From Thelocarpon superellum (lineage: Eukaryota): 64,000 nt of DNA. Under the pieces are notes generated by a model. It searched no databases. It was not told the DNA's origin and saw only the letters and a list, made by a program, of their open reading frames with translations. The DNA lies in NCBI GenBank assembly GCA_026025795.1, contig JAPEUG010000019.1, positions 1 to 64,000 of the forward strand, in the 5' to 3' direction. The position numbers were made by a program, and so were the translations under genes. Shown here piece after piece: positions 61,529-64,000 of this stretch. How positions within the stretch are numbered: position 1 is the first letter of the stretch; each line of letters starts with the position of its first letter.

Positions 61529-62022
61529 TTCCATGTTCCATTGTTGTTCGTCTCCCATATCGTGTTTTCATCTCGTTTCTTGTGACGGAAATGGGGGGGT
61601 GGGTCTAGAAAGGATCTTTACATCTAGGCATTGGGCCTTGAATTGTTGACTGACAGACGAGTGAGCGAGCGAGCGAACATATCTTCGTTATACCTTCGAA
61701 ATGGAACAGAGCTTGTTTGGATCTTGCTCGCTCGTTTCCTTTCATTTTGATGTACATACATCCCCACCTACGTACATATATACCTCGTTACTCAGTTACC
61801 TACCTACATACTTGCGCGCAATTAGATGGATGGATGGACGGGGAGAGGACCGGATTTATCATCTTCTCCTGCTTTTCTCCCTCTCTCATTTCTCTCGACT
61901 GTACCGTCGGTGATGCTGCCGTTGGGTCATTTGTACATATACTCCCTCCAATCTCCGCACCACCATCTCCACGCTCCCATGCCCATCAGACACAACACAG
62001 ACACATGCAGTCATACAGCCCT

Positions 62023-64000
62023 CTAAGCATTTCCGTCTCCCTCCGTTCCTCCCGATCGCTCTCTCACCCACGTAGCAGCGCGATTCTCAACCTCCTGCAC
62101 CCTGCCCGTCGAAGAAGGCAAACGTACCTCAAACTCGCGCCATCGTTTGAAGAATGCGCGGGCCGGCTTGGGTTTCAAGCCCGGCAGAGCGACGATCCGC
62201 GCGAAAAGGTTGCGGATCCTTTCGTCTCTGCCTCCCTCGTCCTGCCCTTCTCCGCCTTCCCTGTCTCCTTTCTGATCAGTTCTCCCCGTCTTGCTCATCT
62301 CTAGATCGAGTAGTACGTTCCACAGATCCCATCGCTTGGGGAAATTGGATAACACGCCCTCGAATAGGGTACGGCCTCGTTCAGCGTCGCCGCTGGCCGA
62401 GTGGAATTCAAGCGAGGCGAATTTTGTCGTCGTGGCCACGTGTGTGTGCGGTGGAAGGGCTTGCAAGGCTCGTGGGAGGAGAGATCGTGCCGTCCCCGGC
62501 GACGATAGCGTCTGCATGTGGAAGGTCGCTGCGTTATACCAGATCGATGGCGACTGGGAGAATTTCTTGACCATGGCATCGAACAGGCTCTTGGCTTGCT
62601 GTTCTGTTGTTAGTGGAGTGGATCCTGAGGTGAAATGCGATAATCTCACCTCCTGCTTCCCCGATTGAATGTAGATGCTCGCCAGTCGTTCATGAACCTC
62701 TTGCGCGTCATTATACTGACATGCTCGCTTGAACACGTCCTCCACCGTGTCGTCGCTGCCGTAGGTGTTCTCGAGGTTGAGCAAACCAACCCACACATTC
62801 AGCTTCTCCGTCTCCTCGCGCACGTTGATCGTCTGAAGAGCACGCTCTGCTGTCTCTCGAGCCTGACCAACCTCGCTGAGCTGCAGGTAAGAAGCCATGT
62901 ATTGGAGCCAGAGAGAGGACGAGTCCGGTTGTCCGAGCAAGAGACGTTCAAAGTCCTCGCTCGATCGAGGCCCTTCGGCATCGAGCTCACCCGTTTGATC
63001 AACCTTGATCTCCGCTCGCCGTCGTTTCTTCCGTTTCGGCGCGTTGGTTTCGTCGTCGTCCATTTCCGACTCCAATCCCGTGCCATCCTGGTCGAGAACC
63101 GACCCAGTCCAATCAAAGCCTGTGGCGCGGAGTCCATTCCGCGGCTTCGTCATTCCTGTAGGCTCCTCGACCGCCACTCCGCCCCCTTCCACGCCTTCGT
63201 CCCTGTCTTCACCCTCCACTTCTTCCCCCTCAAACTCTTCATCTGCATCTCCTAACATGACTCCATCCATACCATCCTCGGAATCGTCACTTTCATCAAT
63301 TGCTTCATTCCCGTCAACGAAATAGGACGCTTTCAACCCAAAGCTGATTCGTCGCTTCTCTGGTTCCACCTTCAACACTTTTGCCTTGACCACATCTCCC
63401 TCCTCGTAGAGTTTCGTGATATCGCCCACTCGCTGATCGGCAATCTCGCTGCGATGACACAGTCCACTGACGTTGGCGGAATGATCGACCACGATGAAGA
63501 CACCGAATGCCTCCACCTTTCGTACTTTTCCGGTGACGACTTGTCCCACCGAGATGTCGTCAAAGGTGGTAGGAGGAACGTAATCCTTATCAATCACCGA
63601 AACCTTCAAACTCATCTGCGCGTGATTGAGCAGAGAATCGACCGCGGTGATCTTTCCCTTGACGAGTTGGCCCTCTTCAAAGCCTGACTTCCAATCTTTA
63701 ATGAACGAGTCCGATAGGTCCGAGACGCGAACGTAAGCCGTCACCTGCGGCCCCAGGCTGACAAACACTCCGGTATCGGCGACATTCTTGATGAATCCTC
63801 GGACCACGTCGTTGACCTTGAGTTGATCGATCGCCAAGATCTCGGGGTCTGTGACAGGGAAGGACGAGTTCAGCACCCGAGAGGGTCGGGTAGACAGCCA
63901 CATCTTCTGGTTTGAGACATCCAGCTCCGTCACGCACACCCGTACAATCTCGTTCTTCCGGTAGCCGGTCGGATTGGCCTTGGAGTAGTCGTCCGCCAGG
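62023..64000 (-). CDS. RRP5: rRNA biogenesis protein Rrp5 (3' part; runs off the right edge)
   Basis: S1 domains (GFIKNVADTGVFVSLG, GKVRKVEAFGVFI...SGLCHRSEI) followed by HAT/TPR repeats (FERLLLGQPDSSSLWLQYMA, EKLNVWVGLLNLENTYG, ERGRTLFEG, PKRWDLW). Confidence 0.96.
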   Translation of the reverse strand, partial: LADDYSKANPTGYRKNEIVRVCVTELDVSNQKMWLSTRPSRVLNSSFPVTDPEILAIDQLKVNDVVRGFIKNVADTGVFVSLGPQVTAYVRVSDLSDSFIKDWKSGFEEGQLVKGKITAVDSLLNHAQMSLKVSVIDKDYVPPTTFDDISVGQVVTGKVRKVEAFGVFIVVDHSANVSGLCHRSEIADQRVGDITKLYEEGDVVKAKVLKVEPEKRRISFGLKASYFVDGNEAIDESDDSEDGMDGVMLGDADEEFEGEEVEGEDRDEGVEGGGVAVEEPTGMTKPRNGLRATGFDWTGSVLDQDGTGLESEMDDDETNAPKRKKRRRAEIKVDQTGELDAEGPRSSEDFERLLLGQPDSSSLWLQYMASYLQLSEVGQARETAERALQTINVREETEKLNVWVGLLNLENTYGSDDTVEDVFKRACQYNDAQEVHERLASIYIQSGKQEVRLSHFTSGSTPLTTEQQAKSLFDAMVKKFSQSPSIWYNAATFHMQTLSSPGTARSLLPRALQALPPHTHVATTTKFASLEFHSASGDAERGRTLFEGVLSNFPKRWDLWNVLLDLEMSKTGRTDQKGDREGGEGQDEGGRDERIRNLFARIVALPGLKPKPARAFFKRWREFEVRLPSSTGRVQEVENRAATWVRERSGGTEGDGNA

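Overview
Eukaryotic, GC-rich, intron-containing DNA from a filamentous ascomycete (Pezizomycotina-type genes with short GT..YAG introns and CTRAC branch points). The raw ORF track fragments most genes, so exons were rebuilt by eye. The window is mostly gene-dense housekeeping sequence: SPB1 (partial), a tandem GFA/CENP-V protein, a YML020W-like hydrolase, a JMJD7-like JmjC protein, IRS4, DNA ligase IV, a conserved hypothetical, ASE1, CSN5/RRI1, mitochondrial GluRS, an Xdj1/Ydj1-type DnaJ, RPL32, a thioesterase, an intron-containing tRNA-Leu(AAG), a Gfo/Idh/MocA oxidoreductase, a heme-oxygenase-like protein, a Sec2-like protein, an RluA-family pseudouridine synthase, eIF4B, a small membrane protein, FMP27/BLTP2 and RRP5 (partial). 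Two accessory islands interrupt this, at about 14.3-17.6 kb and 34.4-41.4 kb. Both pair unrecognised secreted proteins with copies of the same ~250-bp CACGTG-rich solo-LTR family; island 1 also has a hAT-type MITE with an 8-bp TSD and island 2 a second LTR-like element. Gene-structure oddities include a start codon split by an intron (A|TG), a 6-nt microexon in eIF4B, a possible cryptic mitochondrial presequence on the pseudouridine synthase, and many stop-free 3n introns. Family assignments come from motif recognition only; no database searches were run.
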